Part shown: positions 40,382 through 49,725 of the stretch, one piece after another
Layout of the letters: each line of letters begins with the position of its first letter
How positions within the stretch are numbered: the stretch's first letter is position 1
Origin: an uncultured bacterium
GTDB taxonomy: Bacteria; Vulcanimicrobiota; Vulcanimicrobiia; Vulcanimicrobiales; Vulcanimicrobiaceae
Reading direction: 5' to 3'
DNA: 64,000 bases
NCBI GenBank assembly: GCA_964648945.1
Contig: CAZYLU010000002.1
Coordinates: forward strand, 117,346-181,345
Position numbers and translations under genes: made by a program
The notes under the pieces: model-generated
Told to the model about the DNA's origin: nothing
Database searches by the model: none
Seen by the model: only the letters and a program-made list of their open reading frames with translations

Positions 40382-42010
40382 ATGCTCGTATCGAACTCCG
40401 ATGTTCCGCGAATTCCCGCAACGACGATCCGTCGCGATCGGCTCGAACGTTGGCTCCGATGTCATGCCGAAACACCGCTGCGATTAGTCGTCGCGCCCGC
40501 GGGATCCGGGAAGACGAGTCTCCTCGTCAAGTACGCAATAGCATCTCCGGGCAGTGTTGCATACTGCGCGCTTCTTCAAGGAGCGACCCCCGACGAATTA
40601 CACCTTGCAATTGCACGTGCCTTAGGAAGCACTGAAACGCCGGTATCGTATGAAGAGATGCTGGCGTTTATTCATAAGAACGCAGGTGAACGACTCGAAC
40701 TCATCGTCGATGACGCAGGTGACGGCCTCGAAGAGACGACAGCGGAGCTTCATCGACTCGTCGAAGACGTCGACGATCGCATCACGCTGATTTATGGTGC
40801 GCGATCGCTCGACCGTATCGCTGCTGGCCGTCTTATCGCGCGCGGTCTCGCGGAAGCGTGCGATGCGCGCCGTCTGAACTTCGATGTAGCCGAAGCGCGA
40901 ACGCTGGCCGATGCGTGCGGCATTACGCCTTCAGATCAGGACCTCGCGCGTCTCGTTACAGATACGGACGGGTGGACACTCGCGCTGAGCTGCGCGATTC
41001 GCACGGCAGCGATCGAGAACGAAACACTCGCGAATGCATACAAGCTTTGGCGTGCCGAATCGGAATCGTTCCTTCACGAGTTCGTCGAGTGCGAGCTCCT
41101 TCGCGTCCCCGCCGACGAAGCGAAGCTATTCCGCCTACTGCTTGCCGGCGGCGATGCCGATCCATCGCAACTTCGTGCGCTGCAAGCACGAGGGCTCTAC
41201 ATCGCTACGGACGCCGACGGTACACTGCGCCCGTATCATGTCTTGCGGATGAAGCTGCAGCGACCGGCGAATGCGCCGGCGCAGCCTCGGCTTGCACCAC
41301 TTCTCTCCGTAAAGATGCTCGGATCGTTCCAGGCAAGGATCGGCGAGCGCGAGATTCCGTGGGTGCGCAAACGCGATCAACAAATCTTCAAGTATTTGAT
41401 GCTCAAGCCCGACGGCCGGGCAACCCGCGCAGAGCTGCGCAACGTGTTTTGGAACGGCACGGATCATCATCTCGCGACGCAAAGCATGCGAACCGCATTC
41501 AGCACGATGCGACGCGCAATCGCTGCCGTTGTCGGTTACGATCAAGTCGAATCATACTTTCGCACTGTTCCCGACGTGCATCTTGTTCTGGATCACATCG
41601 TTTGCGATGTGCGCCGCTTCATTGCACATGTCTCCGATGGTGAAGCATCCTTCGACCGCAACGATCTCAAAGAAGCGGTATTCCACTATCGCGCGGCGGA
41701 GAAGTTGTACGGCGGTCCGCTACTCGAAGCAGATGGAACTGAACCGTGGCTCGCCGCACAGGCGCTGGCATTGGATGAGCGGCACCTTTTGGTGCTGGAA
41801 CGACTGGCCGACATCGCGCTGGAGCAAGGCGAAATGCATGACGCGCGGCAATATGCGATGCGTGCCGCGCGCACTTGGCCGGGACATTCGGGTATCGCTA
41901 CGCTCTTGCATCGGACCAGTAACACGGAACGCGGCGATCCGCCGAGATCCGCTCTAGGCGGATCAGGTGAGCGCACCGTCACAACCGGCTCGGTTAGCAG
42001 TGCCCCCTAA
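40382..42010 (+). CDS. hybrid regulator: N-terminal P-loop (MalT/STAND-like) ATPase and C-terminal OmpR-type wHTH + BTAD (SARP-like) module
   Basis: Walker A LVVAPAGSGKTSLL near the N-terminus. From about residue 300: LSVKMLGSFQARIGEREIPWVRKRDQQIFKYLMLKPDGRATRAELRNVFW, then the BTAD-like section FHYRAAEKLYGGPLLEADGTEPWLAAQALALDERHLLVLERLADIALEQGEMHDARQYA. Confidence 0.65.
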   Translation: MLVSNSDVPRIPATTIRRDRLERWLRCHAETPLRLVVAPAGSGKTSLLVKYAIASPGSVAYCALLQGATPDELHLAIARALGSTETPVSYEEMLAFIHKNAGERLELIVDDAGDGLEETTAELHRLVEDVDDRITLIYGARSLDRIAAGRLIARGLAEACDARRLNFDVAEARTLADACGITPSDQDLARLVTDTDGWTLALSCAIRTAAIENETLANAYKLWRAESESFLHEFVECELLRVPADEAKLFRLLLAGGDADPSQLRALQARGLYIATDADGTLRPYHVLRMKLQRPANAPAQPRLAPLLSVKMLGSFQARIGEREIPWVRKRDQQIFKYLMLKPDGRATRAELRNVFWNGTDHHLATQSMRTAFSTMRRAIAAVVGYDQVESYFRTVPDVHLVLDHIVCDVRRFIAHVSDGEASFDRNDLKEAVFHYRAAEKLYGGPLLEADGTEPWLAAQALALDERHLLVLERLADIALEQGEMHDARQYAMRAARTWPGHSGIATLLHRTSNTERGDPPRSALGGSGERTVTTGSVSSAP

Positions 42011-43421
42011 GGGCGCCGCTTTCGCACTTATAATCTGCGCAATCCTCATCGCGGCGATTCAGCTGTGGACGTTCGGCGTCGCGCATGCGGCGTTCGCCGA
42101 CTACCGCGCGTTTTGGTGCGCGGGCAGCATCCTTGCACACGGCGGCAATCCGTATCTCGGCGCTCCGCTGGTAGCGTGTGAGTATGCCGCGCAGTGGTTC
42201 CATCCGTACGGCGCAGCCCATGTTGCAATTGCAGCGCCGCTTCCGGGATATGCCTTACTTCCGTTCGCCGCCCTCTCGCTTCTGCCGTTCGGCGTTTCCG
42301 CCACGTTGTGGCTCGTCGGCTCGCTTGCGGCGCTGTGGTTTTCCATCGTCACACTTGCGCAATTGACTTCACGAGATCACGCATCGTGTGCGGCGTTCCT
42401 CGTCTTACCTGCGCTCGTCTTATGGTTGCCGTACGGAGAGGTCGTTCCGTTCGCGCTAGCGGGATCGCTGCTCGTTGCCAAGGGCTTGCGTGAGGACCGC
42501 ACCGTCCCGGTGGTGTGCGGGCTAACGGTGCTCACGATCGAACCGCATCTTGCAGCTGGCGTTTGGATCGCTGTCGCAATCTTCGCGCGTCGCTCACGCT
42601 TCGCCCTTACGGTCGTCGCAGCCGTGCTCAGCGGCGTTTGGTTCGCGCTGGCGAATGCAGGCCCAGCGATCTACCTGCGTGAGGTTCTTCCGCTCCACGC
42701 ACTCTCGCAAGTACCTGCTGATTCGCAGTACAGCATTACGTGGATAGCGCACGCGCTGGGTTTTGCCGATACGGCGGCAATCGCAATCGGATCCGTAAGC
42801 TACGTGTTCTTCACGGCCGCGGCGACCATCATTGCGCTTGTTCTCGTAAAGCGTTCGGGCGACGCCGCACTCCTGCCACTGTTCGTCATCGCTGGTGAAG
42901 TAACCGGTGGTTCATTCATTCACGAATCGCAGATCGCCGCCGCCGTACCGGTGACGTTGTGGTTTTCGCCCTTCGCAACCGTGCTTCTGGCTGTCCCATG
43001 GCTGCAACTTCCACGCGAGGCGCTACTGATTCCATGTGCAGCCTGCGTTGCTGCGCTCGTCGCTCACTACCGCGGTTTTTCGAAGCGGGGGAGCGTCGCA
43101 TTCGGCCTCGGCGCGCTGCTCGCACTCATAGTTCTTGCAAGCTTGTTGCAACGCTCCGTGTTCACACCGCGAACGTTTCCCTCGCAATCGTCGCTCGCAT
43201 CCGCGGACGCGGGCCGCTACATCTGGTCGCATTTCGCGAATACGGGCATCGAAACGTGGCTGCGGAAGGTTCCGGCGTGGACCGCGCTCGGCTTCGTTTG
43301 GTTGAGCGCATTGCGCGCGGTGCTGCGGCCTCAGCCCTCGAGTGCAAGGCGATCGCCGACGAGCACGTCGGTCGCATCCAATGCTCCGACACCCAATTCA
43401 ACGACCGTAGCAGCACCATAG
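41967..43421 (+). CDS. polytopic membrane protein, GT87/DUF2029-like glycosyltransferase (tentative)
   Basis: 12 or more hydrophobic segments. N-terminal DYRAFWCAGSILAHGGNPY resembles the DUF2029 signature. The last ~30 codons overlap the convergent DUF192 gene and look non-coding. Confidence 0.5.
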   Translation: MSAPSQPARLAVPPKGAAFALIICAILIAAIQLWTFGVAHAAFADYRAFWCAGSILAHGGNPYLGAPLVACEYAAQWFHPYGAAHVAIAAPLPGYALLPFAALSLLPFGVSATLWLVGSLAALWFSIVTLAQLTSRDHASCAAFLVLPALVLWLPYGEVVPFALAGSLLVAKGLREDRTVPVVCGLTVLTIEPHLAAGVWIAVAIFARRSRFALTVVAAVLSGVWFALANAGPAIYLREVLPLHALSQVPADSQYSITWIAHALGFADTAAIAIGSVSYVFFTAAATIIALVLVKRSGDAALLPLFVIAGEVTGGSFIHESQIAAAVPVTLWFSPFATVLLAVPWLQLPREALLIPCAACVAALVAHYRGFSKRGSVAFGLGALLALIVLASLLQRSVFTPRTFPSQSSLASADAGRYIWSHFANTGIETWLRKVPAWTALGFVWLSALRAVLRPQPSSARRSPTSTSVASNAPTPNSTTVAAP

Positions 43422-43681
43422 GCAGCGACGACACGGTTTGGACGGACCCCTGGGCGCAGGTTGATGACACGGTTTTGCGCATTTAAGAACAAAACGTCAA
43501 TACTCACACGCATGCCAACCGTGTGAATGATCCAGCAATTTGGGAACCACATTCCTTCGCTCGGCGGGATCTGTTTGCGGCTCAATAGGCCGATGCCCCG
43601 TTCAAATGGATTTACCGCGACGACTACCTTGGATGCGACGATCAGATTCGTCGAGTAATTTCGAAGCACCATGCGCCACAA
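43331..43681 (-). CDS. DUF192 (COG1430) domain protein, last gene of the flp-tad operon
   Basis: GLLSRKQIPPSEGMWFPNCWIIHTVGMRVSIDVLFLNAQNRVI...AATVVELGVG matches the DUF192 pattern (G...L....G..F.....IH..GM...ID..F.D). Confidence 0.65.
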   Translation of the reverse strand: MWRMVLRNYSTNLIVASKVVVAVNPFERGIGLLSRKQIPPSEGMWFPNCWIIHTVGMRVSIDVLFLNAQNRVINLRPGVRPNRVVAAYGAATVVELGVGALDATDVLVGDRLALEG

Positions 43682-43684
43682 GGC

Positions 43685-44290
43685 TCAAAAGACGGTAATG
43701 ACGGGAATAGCAAGCGCGATGGCACCGACGAGATATGGTGCAAACGCAATCGGCTGCGCGGTTCGATGTTTCAGATACGCAACGATCACCGCGGCGATGC
43801 ACGCGACGGCAAAGGCTAGCGTTGCAGTCTGCGCGCCGAGGACGGCGGCGCCAAGCGCAACGAGCTTCACGTCGCCCCAACCCATACCACGTCCTTTCGA
43901 CATCGCCGCTGCTGCCGCAAACGGAATCGACGGGAGTGCGATGGAGACCAGTAGCATCCAGTCGCGTTCGATTACCGCTACAATAATGATGATCGCGAGC
44001 GGTCCCAGTGTGAAGACATCGGGGACGATGCCGGTACGCACATCCGTGTGCCAGATTGCTGCGAGCGCAACGAAGAGAATCGCAAAGAATGCGATCTGCG
44101 CCGGCACCGAGGCGTGCGGCGTGATAATTGCGCCGAGAACGGCGCAAACACCGACGATCGCAAAGTCGGGCGAGGTAGACGCCGGCGGACCATCATCGAA
44201 GCGGCGTAGACGAGGAACGATCGTCGACGCGAGGACGACTCCGAGGAATCCGGCTGCAGCAAAGAAGACGAACCCGAGTACTGCTTGCAT
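43685..44290 (-). CDS. A24-family prepilin peptidase (second copy, TadV/CpaA-like)
   Basis: Polytopic. First catalytic-Asp region WHTDVRTGIVPD and second GRGMGWGDVKLVALGAAVLG. Confidence 0.75.
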   Translation of the reverse strand: MQAVLGFVFFAAAGFLGVVLASTIVPRLRRFDDGPPASTSPDFAIVGVCAVLGAIITPHASVPAQIAFFAILFVALAAIWHTDVRTGIVPDVFTLGPLAIIIIVAVIERDWMLLVSIALPSIPFAAAAAMSKGRGMGWGDVKLVALGAAVLGAQTATLAFAVACIAAVIVAYLKHRTAQPIAFAPYLVGAIALAIPVITVF

Positions 44291-44293
44291 CTG

Positions 44294-45151
44294 TTATCTC
44301 GTCGCGATGTAGTGAGCGATGACGGTTCCGAAGATCACGGTGAAGATCGCTGGAAGCATGAAGAAGGCCATCGGAAAAGCCATCTTCACAGGCAACTTCG
44401 CGCCGTGTTCCTCGGCCATCATGATTCGATGGTTGCGCGTGTCTTCCGCGAGCTCGCTAAGCACTCTCGCGACATTCGCGCCGAGCCTTTCGGCCTGCGT
44501 CAGCGCTGAAATCGTTGTCGTGAATTCCGTTTGATTCAGTCGCGCCGCTGCAGCATGCAACGCCTCAGACCGGGAACGGCCGAGACGAATCTCGGAGAGA
44601 GCTTCGCGTATCTCGCTACCAAGGGCGCCCGGTGCGGCGTCTACTGCATAAGCCAGGGCCGCATTGACCGAAAGACCCGCTTGAACCGTCGCAGCAACCA
44701 TATCGAGAAAGTCGGGAAGGCGTCGCTGCACATCAACTTTACGCGCTTCTCGCGCCCGTTCAATTAAAGAAATAGGCGCGTACCCGCAGCACAAAATGAC
44801 CAATATCGAAAGACACACGGTCAGCCATGTTTGCAGATGAACCATTCGTCCTAAGAGCAAGACGATGGCGATGCCGGCAATTGCTCCTCCAAAGACGCGC
44901 AAGACGATCTGCACCGGCGTAACTGAGTACCAGCCCGCCTCGAGAAGCTTTTGCGACAATCCACCAAGCGTTTTACCGGAAAAGGATCGCTCGACCAGCT
45001 TCTCCAAGGCGCTTCGATTGCGAAGGCGGGGATTTATATTCTGATATTCTTGAAGCGTCTTCGTTAGGACGTTTTTCGACGGTACGAGCGAAAGGGTGAG
45101 CATAAACGCTGAGAGCGATCCGAGAATCGGTAAATACCAAGGCGTGGTCAT
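44294..45151 (-). CDS. tadC: Flp pilus assembly platform protein TadC (T2SS-F family)
   Basis: LPDFLDMVAATVQAGLSVNAALAYA...ISALTQAERLGANVARVLSELAEDTR...KLPVKMAFPMAFFMLPAIF. Confidence 0.85.
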   Translation of the reverse strand: MTTPWYLPILGSLSAFMLTLSLVPSKNVLTKTLQEYQNINPRLRNRSALEKLVERSFSGKTLGGLSQKLLEAGWYSVTPVQIVLRVFGGAIAGIAIVLLLGRMVHLQTWLTVCLSILVILCCGYAPISLIERAREARKVDVQRRLPDFLDMVAATVQAGLSVNAALAYAVDAAPGALGSEIREALSEIRLGRSRSEALHAAAARLNQTEFTTTISALTQAERLGANVARVLSELAEDTRNHRIMMAEEHGAKLPVKMAFPMAFFMLPAIFTVIFGTVIAHYIATR

Positions 45152-46014
45152 GCGAAATCAACCTTCATGATACTTTTCAGCGAGATGAGCGCGCATACTT
45201 CCAAGACAAAGACGATTGCGAGGGCCACATGTCCGGGGTTTGTAAAGAACAGCGCGTGTCCCATCTCGGGCTGAATCACGGAAATGATCATCGCGAGGGC
45301 AATCGGGATCGCGACAAGGACGGCGCAACTTGCGCGGCCTTCGGACGTAAGCGCACTAATCTTCCGCTTCATGCGCCGCCGCTCTTTAATCGTGTTCGCG
45401 AGCTGCTCGAGAATTTGGGCCAGATCACCGCCGGTCTGTGACTGAATTCGAACCACACGCGCCATCATTCGAGTCTCATTGCCAGGCATACGATCGGCCA
45501 GATCGTCAAGCGCATCATAGATGCTAACGCCGATATTGACCTGCCCGATGATGCGCATGTACTCAGAGCGCGACGGTTCCGGCATCTCTTCGACGGCGAG
45601 GGCGATGGCCTGCCGAAGCCCTAAACCGACACGCAGTGCGCTGCTCATAATTCTCAGCGATAGTTCGAGTTGCTGTGTAAACGCCGCGATTCGGCGCTGC
45701 AACCGAATTCGAACGAAGAATACGATTCCGGCCCCACAGATCGCCCCAGCGAGCGGCAGTGCAAGGATACCCCAGAGCAGTGGCGGGTGAACGAAAAATA
45801 CGATCGCAAACCACATCAGCGCCGTTGCTGCAGCCCATTCCAAGGCCCACAGGTCCGGGCGCCGCCGGCTCATGCCCGCCCGGTCCATCGAAGTTGAAAG
45901 CTTCTGTACGCCTTGTGTCGCGCGGTGGTTGATGAGATCCCACAGCGAGTAGAACAGAAGCGCGACCACCGTGGCCGACCCCACGTAGATCGCAATAAGT
46001 GTAATGGTCACCAT
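45148..46014 (-). CDS. tadB: Flp pilus assembly platform protein TadB (T2SS-F family)
   Basis: LELSLRIMSSALRVGLGLRQAIALA...VRIQSQTGGDLAQILEQLANTIKERRR...EGRASCAVLVAIPIAL. Overlaps both neighbouring genes. Confidence 0.85.
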   Translation of the reverse strand: MVTITLIAIYVGSATVVALLFYSLWDLINHRATQGVQKLSTSMDRAGMSRRRPDLWALEWAAATALMWFAIVFFVHPPLLWGILALPLAGAICGAGIVFFVRIRLQRRIAAFTQQLELSLRIMSSALRVGLGLRQAIALAVEEMPEPSRSEYMRIIGQVNIGVSIYDALDDLADRMPGNETRMMARVVRIQSQTGGDLAQILEQLANTIKERRRMKRKISALTSEGRASCAVLVAIPIALAMIISVIQPEMGHALFFTNPGHVALAIVFVLEVCALISLKSIMKVDFA

Positions 46015-48068
46015 AGTGCAGTACTCAGAGGCAGAGTTGAAAGGGCGCGCTGGTCGAAGGCGACGCCATACTCATCGAATCGGGCAAGAGCGTTCGGCTG
46101 TACCCCGGTGTACTCAAAGTGTCCGATGACCTCCCGATCCTCATTCACGCCGCGTTGGGCGAACCGGATGATCTCTTGCATCGTTACGACGTCGCCTTCC
46201 ATGCCGATCACTTCGCTGATTCCGGTGACTTTGCGGGAGCCATCGCGCAGACGCGCCGTTTGAATCACTACGTCTAACGCTGCCGACACTTGCTCGCGAA
46301 TGGCGCGAACGGGAAGATCGAACCCTGCCATCAACACCATCGTTTCAATACGCGAGAGCGCGTCGCGGGCCGAATTCGCGTGGATCGTCGTAAGGGAACC
46401 GTCGTGTCCGGTGTTCATCGCTTGCAGCATGTCGAGCGCTTCGGCGCCGCGACACTCACCAACGACAATACGATCCGGGCGCATGCGAAGCGCATTGCGA
46501 ACCAGATCGCGAATGCGAATCTCTCCGGTGCCTTCAAGGTTCGGGGGACGAGACTCTAGACGCACGACGTGCGGCTGGTTCAGATACAGTTCTGCCGCAT
46601 CTTCGATCGTGATGATACGTTCGTCGTCGGGGAGAAAACCCGAAAGAATGTTCAAAAAGGTCGTCTTTCCTGAGCCGGTACCGCCGCTAATGACGATATT
46701 CAAACGAGCTTCAACACAAGCACGCAGAAAATCGAGCATCGGCGGACAGAGCGAATCTTTCTGCAGCAGATCGTCGCCGGTAAGCCTGCGCGTGCCGAAC
46801 CGCCGGATGGTCAGTGTTGCGCCGTCGAGCGCAAGCGGTTCGATGATTGCGTTGACGCGCGAACCATCCGGGAGGCGGGCGTCAACCATTGGTGATGATT
46901 CATCGATACGGCGCCCGAGCGGGGTGATGATCCGTTCGATCACGATTCGGAGTTGCTTTTCGCTGTCGAACCGCTTGTTCGTTGCCTCGATGATTCCGTG
47001 CCGCTCGATGTAGATTTTTCCCGGGCCGTTCACCATGATTTCCGTAATATCGGGATCCGACATGAAGTCTTCGAGCGGACCGAGCCCGAGAGCCTCATTG
47101 ACGATCTCGCGCTTGATGCGCCCAATCTCTTCCGCGCTGAATGGAGCGGCTTCGCCGGAGAGAACATTTTGCGTGATCCTTTCGATCTCCGCAGTGAGCT
47201 CAGCGAGTTTCGCAGTGTCACCCTGTGCCCGGCTGGCGTCGAGCAGGTCGACGTCGCGCGCGAGCCGTTCGTGAACTTTCGCTTTCAAAATATCACGTAC
47301 GGTCGGCTCCGAGTTCACCGGTTTGACAGGAGCGAGTGTCGCTGCCGACGGTTGGCGACTCTGCGCGCGGCGATCGCGACTCAATCCGTTCACCGAGGCG
47401 CGCAAAATTTCCAATTCAGGTTCGACCGAACACCGTTCGAGATGTGCTGCGAGCGATTTCATCGCTTTGCCGAAGTTACGGTCGTTGAACGACGGGACGT
47501 CAGCAATTACGGAAACATCGAGTGCCTGTTCGATATCCCCGCGGCTCACCGTTTTCTCGACGGTGCGATTGTTGATCACCAGACCTAGTCGTTCTTTTGG
47601 AATGCCGAACGCAACATAGTTCGAAATGAGGCTCTTTGCCGACGTGACGCCGAGAACGGTCGGTTCCAGGACGACGATGAAGCGACTGCCGCGCACGACC
47701 AGGTCGCGGATCTTTGCGGAGAACGGCTGTGGCGCGTCCACGAGAACGATCGTCGCAGGATCGATCGACGCCGCTAAATCGTGAACCACCCGCGGGACGA
47801 GCATAAACCCGGCTTCGTACGTGCTCGCCAGCTCGGCAACGGTAATACCTTCCACCCGCGCGACGGCGATCTGTTGCGTCGCGTCGCGTGCCGCATCGAG
47901 TGCGCGTAAGCATCCGAAAAGTAACGCGGCGCTTCTGCGACCGTCGAGATCGGCGTCGATCAATTCGACGCTTCGCTGTGCGGCAAGCGCCTTCGCGAGC
48001 TCCGCGCAGATCGTCGACGTTCCGGATCCGCCCTTTGCGCCGGTAAAGATGAAGAAGCGCGCGTTCAC
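46008..48068 (-). CDS. cpaF: fusion of a TadZ/CpaE-like ParA/MinD ATPase domain to the CpaF/TadA secretion ATPase
   Basis: Residues 1-~230: deviant Walker A FIFTGAKGGSGTSTICAELA, IDADLDG, VVLEPTVLGVTSAKSL. From about residue 300: CpaF core VNGPGKIYIERHG, Walker A ISGGTGSGKTTFLN, IITIEDAAEL, RMRPDRIVVGECRGAEALDMLQAMNTGHDGSLTTIHANS. Confidence 0.85.
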   Translation of the reverse strand: MNARFFIFTGAKGGSGTSTICAELAKALAAQRSVELIDADLDGRRSAALLFGCLRALDAARDATQQIAVARVEGITVAELASTYEAGFMLVPRVVHDLAASIDPATIVLVDAPQPFSAKIRDLVVRGSRFIVVLEPTVLGVTSAKSLISNYVAFGIPKERLGLVINNRTVEKTVSRGDIEQALDVSVIADVPSFNDRNFGKAMKSLAAHLERCSVEPELEILRASVNGLSRDRRAQSRQPSAATLAPVKPVNSEPTVRDILKAKVHERLARDVDLLDASRAQGDTAKLAELTAEIERITQNVLSGEAAPFSAEEIGRIKREIVNEALGLGPLEDFMSDPDITEIMVNGPGKIYIERHGIIEATNKRFDSEKQLRIVIERIITPLGRRIDESSPMVDARLPDGSRVNAIIEPLALDGATLTIRRFGTRRLTGDDLLQKDSLCPPMLDFLRACVEARLNIVISGGTGSGKTTFLNILSGFLPDDERIITIEDAAELYLNQPHVVRLESRPPNLEGTGEIRIRDLVRNALRMRPDRIVVGECRGAEALDMLQAMNTGHDGSLTTIHANSARDALSRIETMVLMAGFDLPVRAIREQVSAALDVVIQTARLRDGSRKVTGISEVIGMEGDVVTMQEIIRFAQRGVNEDREVIGHFEYTGVQPNALARFDEYGVAFDQRALSTLPLSTALW

Positions 48069-48958
48069 GGCTCACTCGAACCCGAATTCTGAGCTTCCGG
48101 CGCGTGACCGTACCCAACGCGATCGCCGTCGATGAACATGATGCCCGTGTGTGGCTCTGCCGGTTTTTCCTGAACTTTCGCAGGGGCTACAAGGGCCGCG
48201 GCGGGCGGCGCAGGAGCTTGCGCGACACTCATTGGGGTCGGGAACCGCAGTGCTTCGGTCGGCTGCGAAGTGAGCGCTTCATGCGGCGGACGCAGCGCGA
48301 GGCGGAGTGTCGTATTTTGATCCGCCATTGCGAGCAAATCCGCTTGTGCGGGCGAAACTTCCAGCGTTACCGTTGTTGACGTCTCTTCTTGCGGCGAAGG
48401 CGTCGCCTGGGTGAATTCGAGCGACCCGCCGATCGCGAGAATGCGAATTCCGCGAAGGATCGTTGCTGCCGGCGGCGGTTGATCTTGTGCTGCCTTGCCG
48501 TTCGGTATCGCAATGATGTCGACGCGATCACCGGGCTGCATCAAGCCGGAAACGCCTTTGACTTTATCGATCGAGATGCTTACCGCGCGTTTACCTTGCG
48601 CCAACCGCACCGGCAATCCGGCATCCGCTGCGCGACCGAGCTTCGAGGCCGTGACTTGACCGCCGGCGGGAATCGTAATGAGCGAAACCTGGCCGATGGC
48701 TCCTGTCTGATCGGTAATCGCGTCCTCTTCGGCTGCAGAAGCAGGAAGTGCTTCCGGCCGCAACATTCCCGCCGTTATCGTCGCGCGAGCTGGAATCTCG
48801 GACGCTGCCACGTACACGGTACGTGCCGCACCGAGCGTGTTCTGCGATTGTACGGAACGCACGTAGCTCAACGTGAGCCAACCCGTGACCACTGCTAAGA
48901 GCAGTGCGATGATCAACGTCGTGCGTTTCGTGTTCATCGTCGTCGTGGTGCCGATCAT
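48065..48958 (-). CDS. cpaB: Flp pilus assembly protein CpaB/RcpC
   Basis: N-terminal TM helix LIIALLLAVVTGWLTL. SAF-like RTVYVAASEIPARATITAGML. GKRAVSISIDKVKGVSGLMQPGDRVDIIAI. Confidence 0.85.
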   Translation of the reverse strand: MIGTTTTMNTKRTTLIIALLLAVVTGWLTLSYVRSVQSQNTLGAARTVYVAASEIPARATITAGMLRPEALPASAAEEDAITDQTGAIGQVSLITIPAGGQVTASKLGRAADAGLPVRLAQGKRAVSISIDKVKGVSGLMQPGDRVDIIAIPNGKAAQDQPPPAATILRGIRILAIGGSLEFTQATPSPQEETSTTVTLEVSPAQADLLAMADQNTTLRLALRPPHEALTSQPTEALRFPTPMSVAQAPAPPAAALVAPAKVQEKPAEPHTGIMFIDGDRVGYGHAPEAQNSGSSEP

Positions 48959-49461
48959 AACGGAAACCTCAGCATGGGTAGAATGGTTTGAGCGGCGGCA
49001 AGGGTGACCGTTCCGCCGAGAAGCGCCAATGCGTACGGCATCTTTGCGGATCCCACGGGAGCCGTCATCGTCATCGCACTAGCGCGAACGTTTGCAAGCA
49101 TCGTACCAAGCGAGCCTCGCCACAGCGAATACGCAACTGCAAGGATGCCGCCGCATACGAGCGTGTAGACAATAAAGCGAGCACCGTCGGCCGCACCCAG
49201 AGTAGCAACTGCCGCAACGAAAAACTTGACGTCCCCGCCGCCCATCAGCCGCATTGCAAATGCAAAGGTTCCGATTGCAACCGCCGCTATTGCTGCAGCA
49301 AGCGCGGCAAGCCCGACATAAGGCCCATGAAGAAACTGCGATGCCAGCCCTGCGATAAGAAGCGGCGCGACGAGCGCGTTTGGGATCTTTCCCCAGCGAA
49401 TGTCGGTGTAGCAAGCCGCGATCGTTGCGATTGCAAGGATAACGATACTCATAGCCACCAT
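48955..49461 (-). CDS. cpaA: A24-family prepilin peptidase CpaA/TadV
   Basis: CYTDIRWGKIPN and LMGGGDVKFFVAAVATLG catalytic-Asp motifs. 168 aa, 5 TM. Confidence 0.85.
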   Translation of the reverse strand: MVAMSIVILAIATIAACYTDIRWGKIPNALVAPLLIAGLASQFLHGPYVGLAALAAAIAAVAIGTFAFAMRLMGGGDVKFFVAAVATLGAADGARFIVYTLVCGGILAVAYSLWRGSLGTMLANVRASAMTMTAPVGSAKMPYALALLGGTVTLAAAQTILPMLRFPL

Positions 49462-49483
49462 AAAAGACTTTAGAAATGTGCGT

Positions 49484-49514
49484 ATCCCCGCCCAAGCACG
49501 AGCGTGGGCGGGAT
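49484..49514 (-). terminator. GC-rich hairpin between the flp genes and cpaA (possible attenuator or partial terminator)
   Basis: Minus-strand ATCCCGCCCA-CGCTCGTGCT-TGGGCGGGGAT, located 26 nt after the flp stop. The following tract is only moderately T-rich. Confidence 0.45.
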
Positions 49515-49539
49515 CCGCGTTTCGATCGCGCGGTGCGAT

Positions 49540-49695
49540 CTAGATTCCGGCGCTGACGTTCAAGAAAATTGCTTGAACCACCGTTCCGATTGCAGCAACA
49601 ATCGGAATCGAAACGAGCGCAATGCCGCCGAGCATAAGGCCGTACTCGACGACCGTCGCTCCGTCTTCATCTGACTGAAGATTCAGAACGCGCAC
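49540..49695 (-). CDS. flp: Flp-family type IVb pilin (51 aa, divergent copy)
   Basis: Not in the ORF track (<60 aa). GTG start preceded by GGAGAAG. Translation: MRVLNLQSDEDGATVVEYGLMLGGIALVSIPIVAAIGTVVQAIFLNVSAGI, with Flp processing motif G/ATVVEY. Confidence 0.8.
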   Translation of the reverse strand: MRVLNLQSDEDGATVVEYGLMLGGIALVSIPIVAAIGTVVQAIFLNVSAGI

Positions 49696-49725
49696 AAGAG
49701 AGCTTCTCCGTTCGTCAGCGACTAT

